Assembly (NCBI GenBank): GCA_051294375.1 | Contig: CM119267.1 | Location: 8,656,843 to 8,720,842 of the forward strand | Length of the DNA: 64,000 nt | Source: Paraspadella gotoi | Taxonomy: Eukaryota; Animalia; Chaetognatha | Direction: 5' to 3' | Shown: one piece after another, positions 39,991-52,980 of the stretch | Layout: each line of letters starts with the position of its first letter | Position numbering within the stretch: the stretch's first letter is position 1 | Translations under genes and position numbers: made by a program | Notes under the pieces: model-generated | What the model was told of the DNA's origin: nothing | Database searches by the model: none | What the model saw: the letters and a program-made list of their open reading frames with translations, nothing else

Positions 39991-40966
39991 AGAGAGAAAG
40001 AGACATTGAGAGACAGAGAGAAAAGGATGTAAACAAGGAGGGATGGGGTCTCTCCCTCGCCGGAACTGAGCGGTTTGCTTGGGTCGCTCCCCGCAAATGG
40101 AAACGTGCCATAAACATCCCGGCAAAGATCATTCGAGACTTTTAGCATTGTGGAAGATTATCGCCGCGAAATGACGAGAGCGTGTTCCACTTTTTTTTCC
40201 ATGGAAGATATGGTCTGATCTTTTTTTTTTTTCCACTTTTCTTTCTTAGAAGAATTAGCAAAAACTAATATATTCCAATGCCTATCTTGATTGTGTTTTT
40301 TAAAATGCTTTCCTTGAAAAATACTTCAAGATTACGGTCTTCTTCTCCAAATACTTTTATGCCGCTATTACCCAAAAATATCATAAAATTAGTAATTACT
40401 AATCCCGCCTCTCTTAATAAAATACATTTCGCACAACCCTTGCTCCTTCTCTCGTTTTAACTCGTCCCTGGACTCCGATCTTTCTTGGTCTCAGAGCAAC
40501 GATTCAATTCCCTCTCGCTCTAGTCGCTCGAGTCGGGCGACCAATCAGAAGCAAGCGTTAGGAAATCACAGACTATTCGAGTAAAAATGATCAAAACCTA
40601 TCACTATTTTATATCATTTATTTTTATTTTGTTTTTATTTTATTTCTTTTATTTCTATTTTATTTTGACAAAAAGAATGAAACAGTGAATATTTTAAATG
40701 CCCAAATAAAATTTTAAAAAACAATTTACAATAAAAATTTTGTAGCTCTAACCAAAAGTTGTAAGAAGTGTTCACTGAACACTGTTCAGTCCCCACTCCC
40801 AACATTGAAACGGTCCCTTGGCTTTGCTTTGTTTTGCTTAATACCGTTAGGATGTCTTGGACGCCTCACACGCAACTAAACTTGACATGGCGCGGAAAAA
40901 GTGTTTGGATCCCTGGAGGTTGTCAACAATAAGGGTTTTAATAGCCTTTTTCTCTCTCCTCTTTCT

Positions 40967-41018
<52 letters not shown>

Positions 41019-41264
41019 CTCTGGCTCTCTTCTCTTTTTTTTTTTCCTCCACAAAAGAGATCACAAGGACTTTTTTCTCATGGAAAATTTGAGTTTGGGA
41101 TTCGAGAGAGAAAAAAAAATCTTGTGATTAGAAAATCCAGTCTGAAGACCAGATGTCGATCCGGGGGTAAGTTCGTGAATTGGTAGGGATCACATTGAAA
41201 CAGTATAAAATGGAGGGGAAATGGAGGGGAAAAAAGAAAAGAGTGGGAGAGTTGCAACAACGAA

Positions 41265-41343
<79 letters not shown>

Positions 41344-43689
41344 TCCCCTGGATCACGTAAAATCACCATTACTTTATTTTTGGCTCATTTTTTAACGGGC
41401 GCAAAATTTATATATACGAACTCTATTTCTCAGGAGGTTCGGATCATTTTCGGTGAAGGAAAGAATCGTTAAAAATCGTCGTAGAGATTTAGAGAGAACA
41501 CGAATATAAAAATGCGAATAAAGATCCCATTAATTCGTCTAAAGATAGATTTTGCCCTTCGCGCATAAACAAGTGACGGCAATTCCAAGGTGTTGCGTCG
41601 CATTCACTTTCTCTGAGTGCGATCGCATCTCGATACTTTTTTAACTAAAATTGCTCAGTATTTCGTGAGTTGTATCGTATTGTTTTTATGATCATATGAT
41701 CACCGTTTATATTGATAAGGTGAGCAAATATTAACCTACATGGCTCAATGTAACACGAGTTATTACATAACAAAAACTTTTTTGTTAAATTATAAGATCG
41801 TAATTTATACCGATCAAGTTTGAAACAATATGTTTGAGCAATATAAAGCACGTGAAGGATTCGATTATAAAATTACGAGAGTTATATTTGTTGGTCTGTT
41901 TATTCGTCGGTTTGTCCAAAGTACAAACGGACAGACCAATCGACTGACACCGCAACGAAAAAAAACCTAGACGCCCGAGGTGTTGTTTTTTTTGTTTTGT
42001 TTTTTTTTCTCTTCCATCGAATTCACTTTACGAATTCGTGAGTCGTCGTGAACGAAACCCAATGAAATTTTAAGTAGTTGTCCTTTTCACGTCGCTTTAA
42101 CCGATGAAGAGTTTTCACTGTTTTTTGTGTTTTTTTGTTTTTTTTGGTCACGCCTTAATTTACTAAACAATAAGAGTCCACCACGAAGTTTAATAAATAA
42201 CTTACAGCGATTTCACAAATAACTTATTTCCTATTTTTCAATGTCATCAAACTTACTCTTCCGATTCATGATTTTCCATTCTAAATTAGCGCAAAGGAAA
42301 CTAAGGATTTTCCGATATCTATCGTCGATTGACAAACGAACTGTCATCCATCATCGTTGATCTCTCTCTCCTTTCAAGAAATTCAAAGAAAAATTAATGA
42401 TTAAAAAATTAATTTCTCTTTCGCTTTGCCGTGACTGGTGATTGGCAAGAGTGGCACATCGACTTTTTAAACTGGGATCGATTAACCGTTAGACTTCTCA
42501 CAAAATTGTTTAAAACAAAACTTTTTCCTCGTTCCGCACTGAAATGAGATATCGCGAGTCTGAACAACAATGTGAACGACAACAATAAAGGCGACGATGA
42601 CGACGACGACGACGACGACGACGCCGATGGAAAAAAGCTTTTAGTTTTTGTCGAAGAAGCGGATAGAAGAAAACGCAGAACGGTTTAATTTTTGAGAAAG
42701 AGGCTCATAGCTTCAAATTGTCCGAAAAAAAAATTCCATTAGACTTTGTACAATTTATTTTACAATCGCGAAGAAACAAAAACATTAAACAAAATAAGGG
42801 TTTTAATTACAAATAGACTTGTTTTTATCAGATTTGAAAACTTTTTGCTTTAAAGTCACAACTCACAACTATTAGAATTAATAAAATTTAAAAATATAAC
42901 CAAACTTTCTAGATATTTGTTACAATTTTACTGTGTTCATCTTTTTAATTTTGAGACATGTTAATTTAAAATAAAATTTTGGGATAAAGGAATAGAAATG
43001 AGGCGCTTTTGGAAAAGAGGTCTGTTTATTGTTTAAGGCTTCCTTGGAAATTTAAAGATTCCTTAATATCTACATTCTACAAACTAAAACTAAAACTATG
43101 AACAATACTACTGAACCAATTGGCTTGTACCAACTTTGTTATTTTAAAACTTATTTAAATACTAAAAAAAATGTTTTTGTAGTGCATTTAAATATTTGAA
43201 TATCTATTTTAATTCTTTCAGAGTTTGGGTGACTTGATTATATTAGACAACAAAACGCATCCTCTCAATTGAATTAAATTAAAATACCAAATACGACACG
43301 ATGAAAGTTAACGTGGCGAAACTTATCCATGCAAATTCCTATCACATTTCTTAATATGTGAGCCAAACTTGAAGCTTTACATTAACCCTCACTTATTATC
43401 TACAAAAGAGGCAAATTAGTAAAAAAGCAATGAAAAGAACACTCATTGTTGCAAAAATCTTCTACAAAATTGTATACTCTTTCATTTGAAAGCTAAATCA
43501 TATAGCCAAAAAATTTTAAAAATGATTATAATTATGAGCTGAGCTGAGTTGAGCTGAGCTGAGCTGAGACCAAGATCTTACTCTCTGATCCATTATTTGA
43601 TAATTTTGAATCAAGAACCTATAAGTTTTAGAGCAATCAATTTGAAAACTAAAATGACAAATTTTGTTTTCACTTTATATCGAAATGCA

Positions 43690-44913
43690 TTAAAAACGCT
43701 GGCGAATACGTCTGTTCACCGTCAGCCTAGGACGCCTTCGCGGCGGCGGCGGTGGAGGCGGCGGCGGAGGCGGCGGAGGAGGAGGCGATTGCTCCGTCCC
43801 CGACGTCGGGGTAATCGGCGGCAAGGGATTTTCTTGGATGTCATGGGGACGGCGCCCCAGCACTTCTTTCACGTCGGCCACGCAGCGCAGCGAATCTAAG
43901 AATGGCAGCAGGTCAAGCAGAGCCGTACAGCGGGCATCCCCGCGCCACGTAACGATGGGGATTCCATTACTCGGACTCAGACTGTACGACGACGGCGTGT
44001 TGTCGAGAATGACGACCGAGTCGAGATTATTCGATACGAGATGCAGATCCTTGACGTAGTTGTCCTGATTTCTAGTGCAGTGGTGACGGTAGAACCGGCG
44101 ACGGAAGATGCCACGCCCTCTGTCCAAACGATCGGCCACGGCGTCGCCATAATCCCTCGTTGACGCCGTGAAGATGACGAGATCGAACCATTGAGAGACG
44201 GCGTCGAGAAAGACGTCAACGTGCGGACGTTTGAATAGTTCGTACTTGAAGCGGTCCAGGCGGAACAAGCTTCGTTCCACGAGGTCGCTCCGCGACGGCT
44301 TCGGAGGCGTGGTTCCGAAGACGATGCGTGAAAAGACCAACGTTCCATCGAGATCGAGCACGAGCGTCTTGCGCGGCAGCACGTCGAGGTAAGCCGCCCA
44401 GGAGCTCGACAGCGGAGCGGCGTGGTACGCCGGCGCACTCGGACGAGCGACTGGGTTACTGGAAACGCGGGGTCGCTCGAATTCGGCGCCGGGCGGAAGA
44501 TCGAGATTAGGTAAGACGGGGACGACGAGAAATTGATAGACGAACGAGGAGACGTGAGAATAAACGAGAGACCGAAAGTCTTCGTCGCTTCTCTCTTCGG
44601 GGACTTCGTGGGATTGCGCGCGACACTCGGCGACGTGCTGGCCTTCGACGCGCGGACAATCGCAAGGACGGAACCATTTTTCGAGGTAAAGTCGAAGGAA
44701 AATTGATGACCTTTCCTTTGTCGCCATGTCGAGCATGTAACGACGACAGAGCAAGCCCGCCTTCGTTATTAAGTAGAATAGACGAAAGAAATCTTTGGTC
44801 GTTTCGTAAACGCAAATAATTTTTCGCGAGAAGTCGTAGAGTTTAGCGAGAATTGGATTCGGGATGTAGGCGTCCGTGCCAAGACGTCGATCCATGTTCC
44901 ATTCGTTGGCCAT
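43690..44913 (-). CDS. CTDNEP1: CTDNEP1/Dullard-like FCP/SCP (NIF) HAD phosphatase, 407 aa, intronless CDS
   Basis: Start has a good Kozak context (caccATGG at 44913). Motifs RKTLVLDLDGTLVFS (DxDxT), KRPHVDVFLDAVSQWFDLVIFTAS, YGDAVADRLD, RRFYRHHC, YVKDL, VILDNTP and TALLDLLPFLDSLRCVADVKEVLGR closely parallel CTDNEP1 ([37 protein letters not shown]). The frame is open upstream to 45204 through a (GA)n tract. Confidence 0.9.
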   Translation of the reverse strand: MANEWNMDRRLGTDAYIPNPILAKLYDFSRKIICVYETTKDFFRLFYLITKAGLLCRRYMLDMATKERSSIFLRLYLEKWFRPCDCPRVEGQHVAECRAQSHEVPEERSDEDFRSLVYSHVSSFVYQFLVVPVLPNLDLPPGAEFERPRVSSNPVARPSAPAYHAAPLSSSWAAYLDVLPRKTLVLDLDGTLVFSRIVFGTTPPKPSRSDLVERSLFRLDRFKYELFKRPHVDVFLDAVSQWFDLVIFTASTRDYGDAVADRLDRGRGIFRRRFYRHHCTRNQDNYVKDLHLVSNNLDSVVILDNTPSSYSLSPSNGIPIVTWRGDARCTALLDLLPFLDSLRCVADVKEVLGRRPHDIQENPLPPITPTSGTEQSPPPPPPPPPPPPPPPRRRPRLTVNRRIRQRF

Positions 44914-45000
44914 GGTGAAAAAAAAAATCGGAGTCGTTGATGAAAGGTTTAGGATCGAGAAATGGTGAGGCTCAGCGATGTTAGGGGTTTTTATGGCGCT

Positions 45001-45002
<2 letters not shown>

Positions 45003-45072
<70 letters not shown>
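45003..45072. repeat. (CT)n microsatellite in the probable 5' UTR of the Dullard-like gene
   Basis: Seen directly; it produces the RERERE run of the 504-aa ORF. Confidence 0.95.
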
Positions 45073-45076
<4 letters not shown>

Positions 45077-46037
45077 AAGAACCTCCTCTTCCTCTTCCTT
45101 CCTCGCGATGAAAGGGAGCCATGCGGGGTAAGTTGAAACCCCGGAGGTCGGGTCAAACGAAACCGGACTTCACCTCGAGGTTCTTTCGAATTCATTGTGA
45201 GCATTTAAGTATTTTCTTGATTTCCTCGTCGTCGTTCACAATTGATTTTTCATCATCGCTCACAATTCACACAATTTTCCTAGCAACCGTATTCTCTAAA
45301 TCTTCCAAAAAATCGAAACTCTAAGGGGGAAAAAAACTAATAATTTTTTTTTTTTTAAATGAAATGTTGATTGTCGAAATTTAGGTTGGCCTCGCCGGGA
45401 CTCGGAGAAACGACCCAACTCAAACTTTCCTTTGATTCGTTGCTATTGTCGTCGTCGTCGTCGTCATAGTCGTAGGCGCCGTCGTTTGTGACAGACTTCG
45501 TCGCTGTCTCGTCCTCAATGTCGTTTCTCGATATTCATCATCAGTTATCAGTTGTCGTCGCTAGTCTCGTTGTCCATTAGCGGTCACTCTTGTATTGTCT
45601 TTGTATTCTTTTGTCTTTGCTATTGTCTTTGTATTTGTTATTTGTCTATGTCATTGTCTTTCGACTTTTACTATCGTTGGATTTTTCATGATCGGAGAAT
45701 TTGGTTCTTCTCAAATTCTCTACCGGAAACGTACTTGAGGCTTTAAACAATACTTACTGGTTCACTCCTGAAAATTTTACATACATTATAGGCTGCACTA
45801 TGAAAATTTTTTTTTAGGTATATATTCTATTGGCAAATTATTTTCGCTCATTTTTAATCGGGACAAGCAATAATAACGACGCAACAGCTTATCGAAAAGA
45901 GTTTGTACCCATTTCATTCTTTGTAAGATGATCGAAAAAAAAAACCGATTTTAAATCATTTTATGAGCAATTGGTAAATTATTTTTAATAAATATAATAA
46001 ATGATTTAGTTTTTTATTCAGTTCACTCTAAACTCAC

Positions 46038-48878
46038 CGGAAGTCGCGCGAATTTTGAGCGGCCACGCCCATTGGACAGGAGGACGAGCTGCGCGTTCGC
46101 GAATGGCGTTGCAGGATGCGGAGCAGTCATTTGACGCCACTGTGCGCACCAATTTGGACCTCTGTTCCTGCGCCGAGGGGGGGGCGCGGTTAACGGGAGA
46201 GAAAACGGATCGGAAAACTCGCTCAATACCGATAGAGCGACTGGCTTAGTTTTCATTTAACAACTGCTAACAACCAGTTGATACATATTAAGATAATAAG
46301 AGAGTTCAGACTTAAATTGCTAAAAATAAAAAAACCTTGCAAGTTAGCGCTTTTTGAAATTTTAAAAATTCATATTTTTACCCTTCACATATACATTTTT
46401 TCAGTTGTATCTCGAGTTTTTCTAATGAGAGGCCGACCGACTAAAATCTTAAACCGGACTGGGCTTACCCCTCCCACGGTCCCACCTTACCTCAAATTGC
46501 CGTCATTTTCGCCGATGTAATTCTCAAATTGGGTTCGGAGTTCGTCTCTCATCGACTCGTTATGCTCGCTTCGAGCTGACGATTCGCGCTCAGAGCTTAG
46601 AAATGATTAAATCTTGGGTTTGATTGAATCGCTTATTTTTAGATTTTAATTTGTTAAAATTATAAATTTTTTTTAGGATCAAACTATCTTAGCAGGAATT
46701 TTAACGCAGGTCATTAATATAGTATCACGGATTATCCATTACGTCTTGGCTTATTAGACTTAAATTTGAATTTTAATCATTTTTTTTGAAAATTTGTTAC
46801 AAAAAATGTCTTTCTCTTTCTCTCTCTCTCTCTCTCTCGTCTCGTCTCTTCTCTTCTCTCTCTCTCTCTCCTTCTCTCTCTCTCTCTCTCTCTCTCTCCT
46901 CTCTCTCTCCAACCTGTGAGCCGCCATTTTTGCTTTTGAACCAATCGTAGTTCCTCTCCGCCGGCCGCCAATTCCTCGCTCCTTCATCGTCGGCGTCGTC
47001 GTTGGCGACGTTTGCGGTTCCAGGGCGTTCGGCGACTGGCTGTCCAGGCGGTAGGGGTCTGCTGCCAGGCGGTGGGGTTTTGTCGCCATGCGGCGGCGGA
47101 CTGTCTGCGCGGCCACGACGCCGACTCGAAACCGGAGGACCGAAAAGGATCTTCTTGGCGGCGGGGTGGCGGTGGGGGCGGGGTAGAGGTGTTGAAGCTT
47201 GAAACGCTCGGCAGCGGCGGCCGCGTCGGCGGCGCCCGCTGCCGCGGCGGGTGAATCGGTTTCGGTTTCTTGTCTTGGGTCGTCGTTAAAGAGATTCGAA
47301 GGAGGATGACGATGATGATGATGATGATGATGATGATTATTGCGATGATGAGAATTACGATGAGGGTTAATCGCTCGTTCGTCTTCCTCTTCGCTCATCG
47401 TCGGAGGACGACAATGCAGATGATGATGATGATGAGGAAGATAATGCTGTTGATGATGCTGATTAAGATGCTGGTGTAAAAGCTGTTGCTTATGCGGTGA
47501 CTGTTTTTGTTGTTGCTTACGATTAACGTTTTTCATGGAGCAAGCGGCGTAATCCTTGGAATCGGTCGTGGCGCAGGCGGCGACGTCGTGGCTCTGCGCC
47601 ACGAGGCCGGCGCCGCGAAACGACGCCGTATTCGTTCCGGCGCCGGAAGTGGGCGTGGCCGGGAGGACGACGTCGGCGGCGCTTTTCTTAGAAGAGGAGG
47701 AGGAGGAGGAGGAGGATTTGTGGTCGTTGGAATTCGCGAGGCTTTCGTCGATTTCAGCGGAATTTGTCTTCGTCGTCGACTTTTTCGTCTGCTTCTTGAG
47801 CGAATCGCTTCGGCGCCGATCGCTCTGGCGCCGATCGCTCGAGTCAATCGCCGGGTCAGCGCGAGTCGCCGGATCACCTTTTCCGACTCGGATTCGATCG
47901 TCGAGATGCTGGAGCACGTTGCCGTCATTCACTGCGGCCGGTGGGGGATAATCGTCCCGCGCGAAAACGTCGTCTTCTTCGTCGTCGTTGTTATCGTCGT
48001 CGTATTCGTCGTCGTAGTCTTCGTCTTCGTCGTGGATTTCTTGGTCGTCGTTCGGCGCGGCGATTCTTTCGGCGAAGTCGTCGAGGATGTGGCCAACTTG
48101 AGTCGTGGAGTCTGAAGGCGATGACGATCCGTTTTGCGAAGGGGGCGTGGCTGTTGCCGGAAGGGGCGTGGCCTTCGCCAGTGGTGTCGCCGTCGATGTC
48201 TCCCTGCGTTTTGTAGTGACGTCCCTGGGTGCAAAGTAAGACAACGAAAAAAAGAATGTTTATTCCTGGATTTTTATTTTATGGTTTATTTATTCATTCA
48301 TTTATTACTCATTCGCATTCTTATTTTTTCAATTATTTTCTGGGCATCGACCATCCAAAGACAATGACTCATAAGTCGTTCGCTTTTCCATACGTCCTTA
48401 CGTCCATACGTCGTAACGAAAAAATGGCGAATTGAATTTGGGAGAAATTAAAGAAAAAAAAGACCAACTTAATAAAATGAGAAACCGCAATCAAAATACT
48501 TACGGTTAGTACCAACAAACTTTAAAAGTTTAAAATTGCGGGGCCAAGAGTTTATTAAATGTGTTCCTATCTTTACACAATTTTAAGGACATTATTCCTT
48601 TTAGTTAATAGTTTCAACTAATCGCTTTTAACTAACCTTTTTAATGTTCCTGCAGTGTTTTCTTGGATAACGTTTTCGAGCGAAGAAGATGCGTCCTTAT
48701 CTTTGTCGACGTCGTCCTTTGTTTGTCCTCGCTCCTCCCCTTCCTTTCCTTTTCCTCCTTCCTCCCTTTTTCGACATTTTCCTCCTCGTCCTCCTCTTCC
48801 TCCTCGTTCCTCGCCTCCTCCTTCTCCCGGTTCTCTGTTGATTTCATTCGTTGCCTCATTTTCTATCATGTCACCATC
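46038..48878 (-). CDS. Multi-exon gene (5' end not defined) for a large low-complexity protein with poly-D, poly-S, poly-Q/H and poly-A tracts
   Basis: Four AG/GT-bounded exons with matching phases: 48637-48878 (0/2), 46914-48224 (2/2, 1311 nt), 46491-46595 (2/2) and 46038-46167 (2/0). They give ...TAGTLKR|DVTTKRRE...AKMAAHS|SERESSARSEHNESMRDELRTQFENYIGENDGNLR|NRGPNWCAQWRQMTAPHPATPFANAQLVLLSNGRGRSKFARLP with no stop. Further garbled candidate exons lie at 49.1-51.6 kb. Confidence 0.75.
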
Positions 48879-49012
48879 CTGTTGACGGGGGGGGTGCAAT
48901 GAAAGACAATGATATTAGCTGCGCGAGAGAGAAAATTAGAATATGGAAAAAGGGAAATCGAAGAATATCATGGAAAATGGACAGAGGATAGGGGGTGAGA
49001 GGAGGAGAGAGA

Positions 49013-49079
<67 letters not shown>

Positions 49080-49379
49080 AGAGGAGAGGCATTCCCCATA
49101 TTTTTTTTTTTCAAATATTTATGCGAAGAGACGCTGCAAAAAGGTCAAGTTTGACGTGATTTAGATTCATCTTATCGAGATCACGCAGCGGATAGAAGGA
49201 TAAGAAAAAAATATCGGGATATATCGAGCGGATTGAAATATGCCCAGAAGTTGGCATCGACAAAATGTTTTAGTCCCCGAGCGACGGGCTTCGCCGCAAT
49301 TCGTTTTATTCCATCAACATCAAGTTTTGACTTCGAGAGGAAAATAGTTAAATGAAGAGGGGAAATGAGCGGGGACCCG

Positions 49380-49427
<48 letters not shown>

Positions 49428-49579
49428 AGGAGAGAGAAGAGAGGAGCGTTTCTTAATTTTCCGAGAGTATAAGAGAGCACAAAATAGACACAGAGAAAAA
49501 ACAAAGAGCGTTCCTCCACAGAGAGAAGAGAGAGAGATGATGACGAGAGAGAGAGAGAGGAGAGAGAGAGGAGAGAGAG

Positions 49580-49616
<37 letters not shown>

Positions 49617-51043
49617 GGTAGAGGCAAAGAGAGGCGCGTGTGTCTAAGGTGGTAATATAAACTTGTCCTTTGCGTCCCGCACGATGATGTTTAGAACCTC
49701 CAGGGGTCGAAAAGTTCGGCCTCCGGTGACGTTTACGAACGCGCTTTCACGGCGCGTGCGTCTCTGACTAAAAAGCTTAAAAGCTTTTTAAAAAAAGGGA
49801 AAAAAGAAGAAAAAGAGAGATAGAAAAAAAACCTGTCTCTATCTCTCTTTGAAAAAAAGAAAAAGAAAAAGAAGAGAAGAGAATTGCGCCATTTTTTTGA
49901 TACTCCGCTTTGTGCTTCGGATGACAGAGCCTGACCTGAGGTTCATATTCGAAACAAAATAATTGTTTTCTTTTTTTTTTCAACTTAACCTATTTCTGTT
50001 ACTCCTCAGCCCTTTTTTCGATTTCCCTTCCAAGCCCGCGTTAAGCCCCTTTTCGCTTCAAGTGTTTCTCTCTCGGATTAGACTAACTAAAGGAGCCTTG
50101 ATCGAATTTATAAAATGTTACAAATTGTTTTATTAAACAGGATTTAAAAATCATGAGTAAATATGAATAACTATTACCAATAAAAAATTGATTATAAATA
50201 TCCGCGGTAAAGATATTGACTGCCGACATTGACAAGAACTTAAATATGTTCACCCGGTATCGGTGAAGAAGAAGCGATATCATCCTGTATCGGAGCGAAA
50301 AAGCTTTCAAAAACTCTTCAACTCGGGGAAAAGTTGGGGTCAAAGAAAACAGAAAAGGGAAATAAGGAAAAGAAGGGGGGGGAGAAGCAATTGCGAAAGA
50401 AGAGGAAAAAGAAGACAAAGCCAAAAAAAAAGGGGACAAAACTGAAAAGAGAGAGATAGAGAGAGAGACGCCGGAGGCCTGGGATCAAAAGGGGAGCTCC
50501 CATCGTAAAAGCGGAACAACGAAAAACTCGAAAGAAAAAGAGAAAAAAATGGAGACTGAAATTCAATCAAAACTCGATCCCCTTAATTCGTTGGCAAAAA
50601 CGGAAAGCCACGCCCACCTCCCCCCCCCTTTCTCAAACCCAAATGGAAAAGTCTCCTCCTCCTTCGATGAGAAGGTCGCCGGTTCGTTTCCCGCCCTCGG
50701 CACCAAATTGTCTGCTTCCGATGTAAGAAGAGACGTTGTCCTCGCGGAGAGGGGTCAGCGAAAAGCGTCTGCTGCTTCGTCGAGAAAGGCTGCGTGCCCG
50801 ACGAGGCCGGGGGCGCCAGGGGAAGGGGCCTTCGGTGAACGGCCGCTTCCGCGTAAATAGAAAGCGTCAAAACAAAACAAAGAAAATCTCGTGAAGCTTG
50901 AAGAACTCATGGAGCTCGCGCAATCCTGAGAAGTCAGAATCCCCCGCCTAACCTTTTTTTGAAAGAGTTTCTTCGCAAAGAAAGATCCGAATTTCTCTTC
51001 AAGAATTTCTCTTGTTAGAGATTTTCTATCCCCATCTCCATTC

Positions 51044-51137
<94 letters not shown>

Positions 51138-52367
51138 CCTAAGCTGTCAAACATCGGGGAAACAAAACTAGAGAGTTCCAACGAAACTTGGAAGTGAATT
51201 AAATTTAAAGGAAAACCGCGACGCGCGCCTCTCATACTCCGAGGAGAAAATTAAATTTGAGAGGGAAAAAAGAACGTTTGATTCGTGTAGAGGATAAACG
51301 GTCATCCACTCCCGCCCCGTAACTCGGAGTGGGGGGGGAAATCTGCTTCAAATAGGAAATTTACTACGAAATAAACCCGACAGGAGCTTCCAGCTCTATC
51401 GCCTTGGAAATTCGTTCCAACCGTTTTTTTCCCTCTGATTTAGTGGGCCCCGAGTAGGCGTGGCTGTTCACTTGTTTTTGTTTTCTTTTTTGACGCTTGA
51501 GGGCGTCCGCATTTTCAGCGTCGCGATTTTGCGATTCAGAAGACGAAGTCGAGATCAACTGAGAAATATTTCAGCCAACGAAATATGACAATCTCGAATA
51601 AGTTTCATATTTCTTTTTTTTTTCTTTTTTTTTTTGGAATTTCATTCAGACTTCAAATATTTTCTTCTGCGTAAATTAATAAATCGCCCTTCTCTATCCC
51701 CCCGCCCCCTTTCCCGAACCCGCTCGCCCTTCCGGAGTTGCTCCCTTTTTTTTAGTGAATTCTCGAAATTCTTTCTCCGAGAGACTCACAAATTTTAAAG
51801 CTTGTCTATTTTCCCCCGCTCTTTTACGCTTGGGTCGGGACGCCGGACATGGGGGAGTTGCCGACGCCGCCGACGCTGCCGCCGACGCCGCTCGTGGAAC
51901 CGAGGCCAACGACGGCGCCGACGCAACTTCGAGTCTTCCTTGTCGGGATCGAAACCCAGACTCTCTTCTTCGGATTTTATTTTTTGTTTGTTAAAAACGA
52001 AAGCAACAAACAAAGTAATGTTGTTCTTTTACAACAACAATCAAACAAAGTTCTCGGTGTCTGACGCAAACATCGTATAGCATTATTTTGACAGACTGCG
52101 ATACTCTAAAATTAGCATTTTCACCTCCTCCACAACCTCCGTTTGCATCGTCTGCTGAAGAAGCATTTCTCCCCCCCTCCACCCAAACCAATAAATACTC
52201 GTCCGACTTCGGCCCTTGAGTCCAAATCGGTTTAAAGAGTGGAGAAGAAGTGGCGCGAAGGAATAAGAGGTAAGTCCGGTCGATTATGCGAGGTATAAAA
52301 CCTTGAATGAATATTGTTTTCGGCAATTATTATTATTTGATATTACAAGTTATTATCTTTTTTCAGT

Positions 52368-52668
52368 ATTAAGCAAGGCACCGAACGATGATGACGAAGC
52401 AAAAAAAAAACTGAAATACTCGAGTCAAAAAGTTTCTCAAAAGTCTTTCGAAGCCAACAATACCGACAACAACAACGACGACGACGAAGACGACGACGAA
52501 GACGACGACGAAGACGACGACGAAGACGACGACGAAGACGACGACGAAGACGACGACGTTTCTTTCGCAACTCGAAAGCAAAAGTCTGAAGAGGAACATA
52601 TTTTCAAATCGCTGACGGCGGGAATTCTTTTGGAGTTAACCAAGAGGGAAAGATTTAATTTCGCGTGA
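52368..52668 (+). CDS. Possible terminal exon encoding an acidic (DDDE)n tract
   Basis: Donor AAGAG|gtaagt at 52270 and acceptor ttttttcag at 52367. The open frame contains a 12-bp tandem repeat (GACGACGACGAA) at ~52477-52557 and ends ILLELTKRERFNFA*. The upstream exon is garbled. Confidence 0.35.
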
Positions 52669-52881
52669 TGCTTGAGATGGAAGGAATTTTAAAGTAGAGT
52701 CGAGATGTCACTGATGATTAGTCACCGTCGTATTTTAAGAAAGAAGAATTGATAAATTTTAAATTATGACGTCGCGACGCCAATGAAAAAAAAAATTATT
52801 ACTAATGCAAGCTGAAAATGTCGAAAGGTTTCGTTGCGTTTCAGGAATACAGCTCTTTTTTCCTCGCCGCTACTGTTTGTC

Positions 52882-52980
<99 letters not shown>

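Noticed and set aside
43536-43569. (GAGCT)n pentamer run resembling immunoglobulin switch repeats
   Set aside because: Only about six units with no Ig context; a simple microsatellite.
44914-45204. N-terminal 97 aa of the 504-aa ORF as true protein
   Set aside because: It runs through a (GA)n microsatellite, and the downstream caccATGG is a better start. Kept only as part of the fusion hypothesis.
50580-50660. GGRWAWLSVFA resembling the start of monocarboxylate transporter TM1
   Set aside because: No following transmembrane segments or other MFS motifs found.
52477-52557. Regular repeats here and at 59956-60021 as CRISPR-like arrays
   Set aside because: No unique spacers and no cas genes, in a eukaryotic context; plain tandem repeats.
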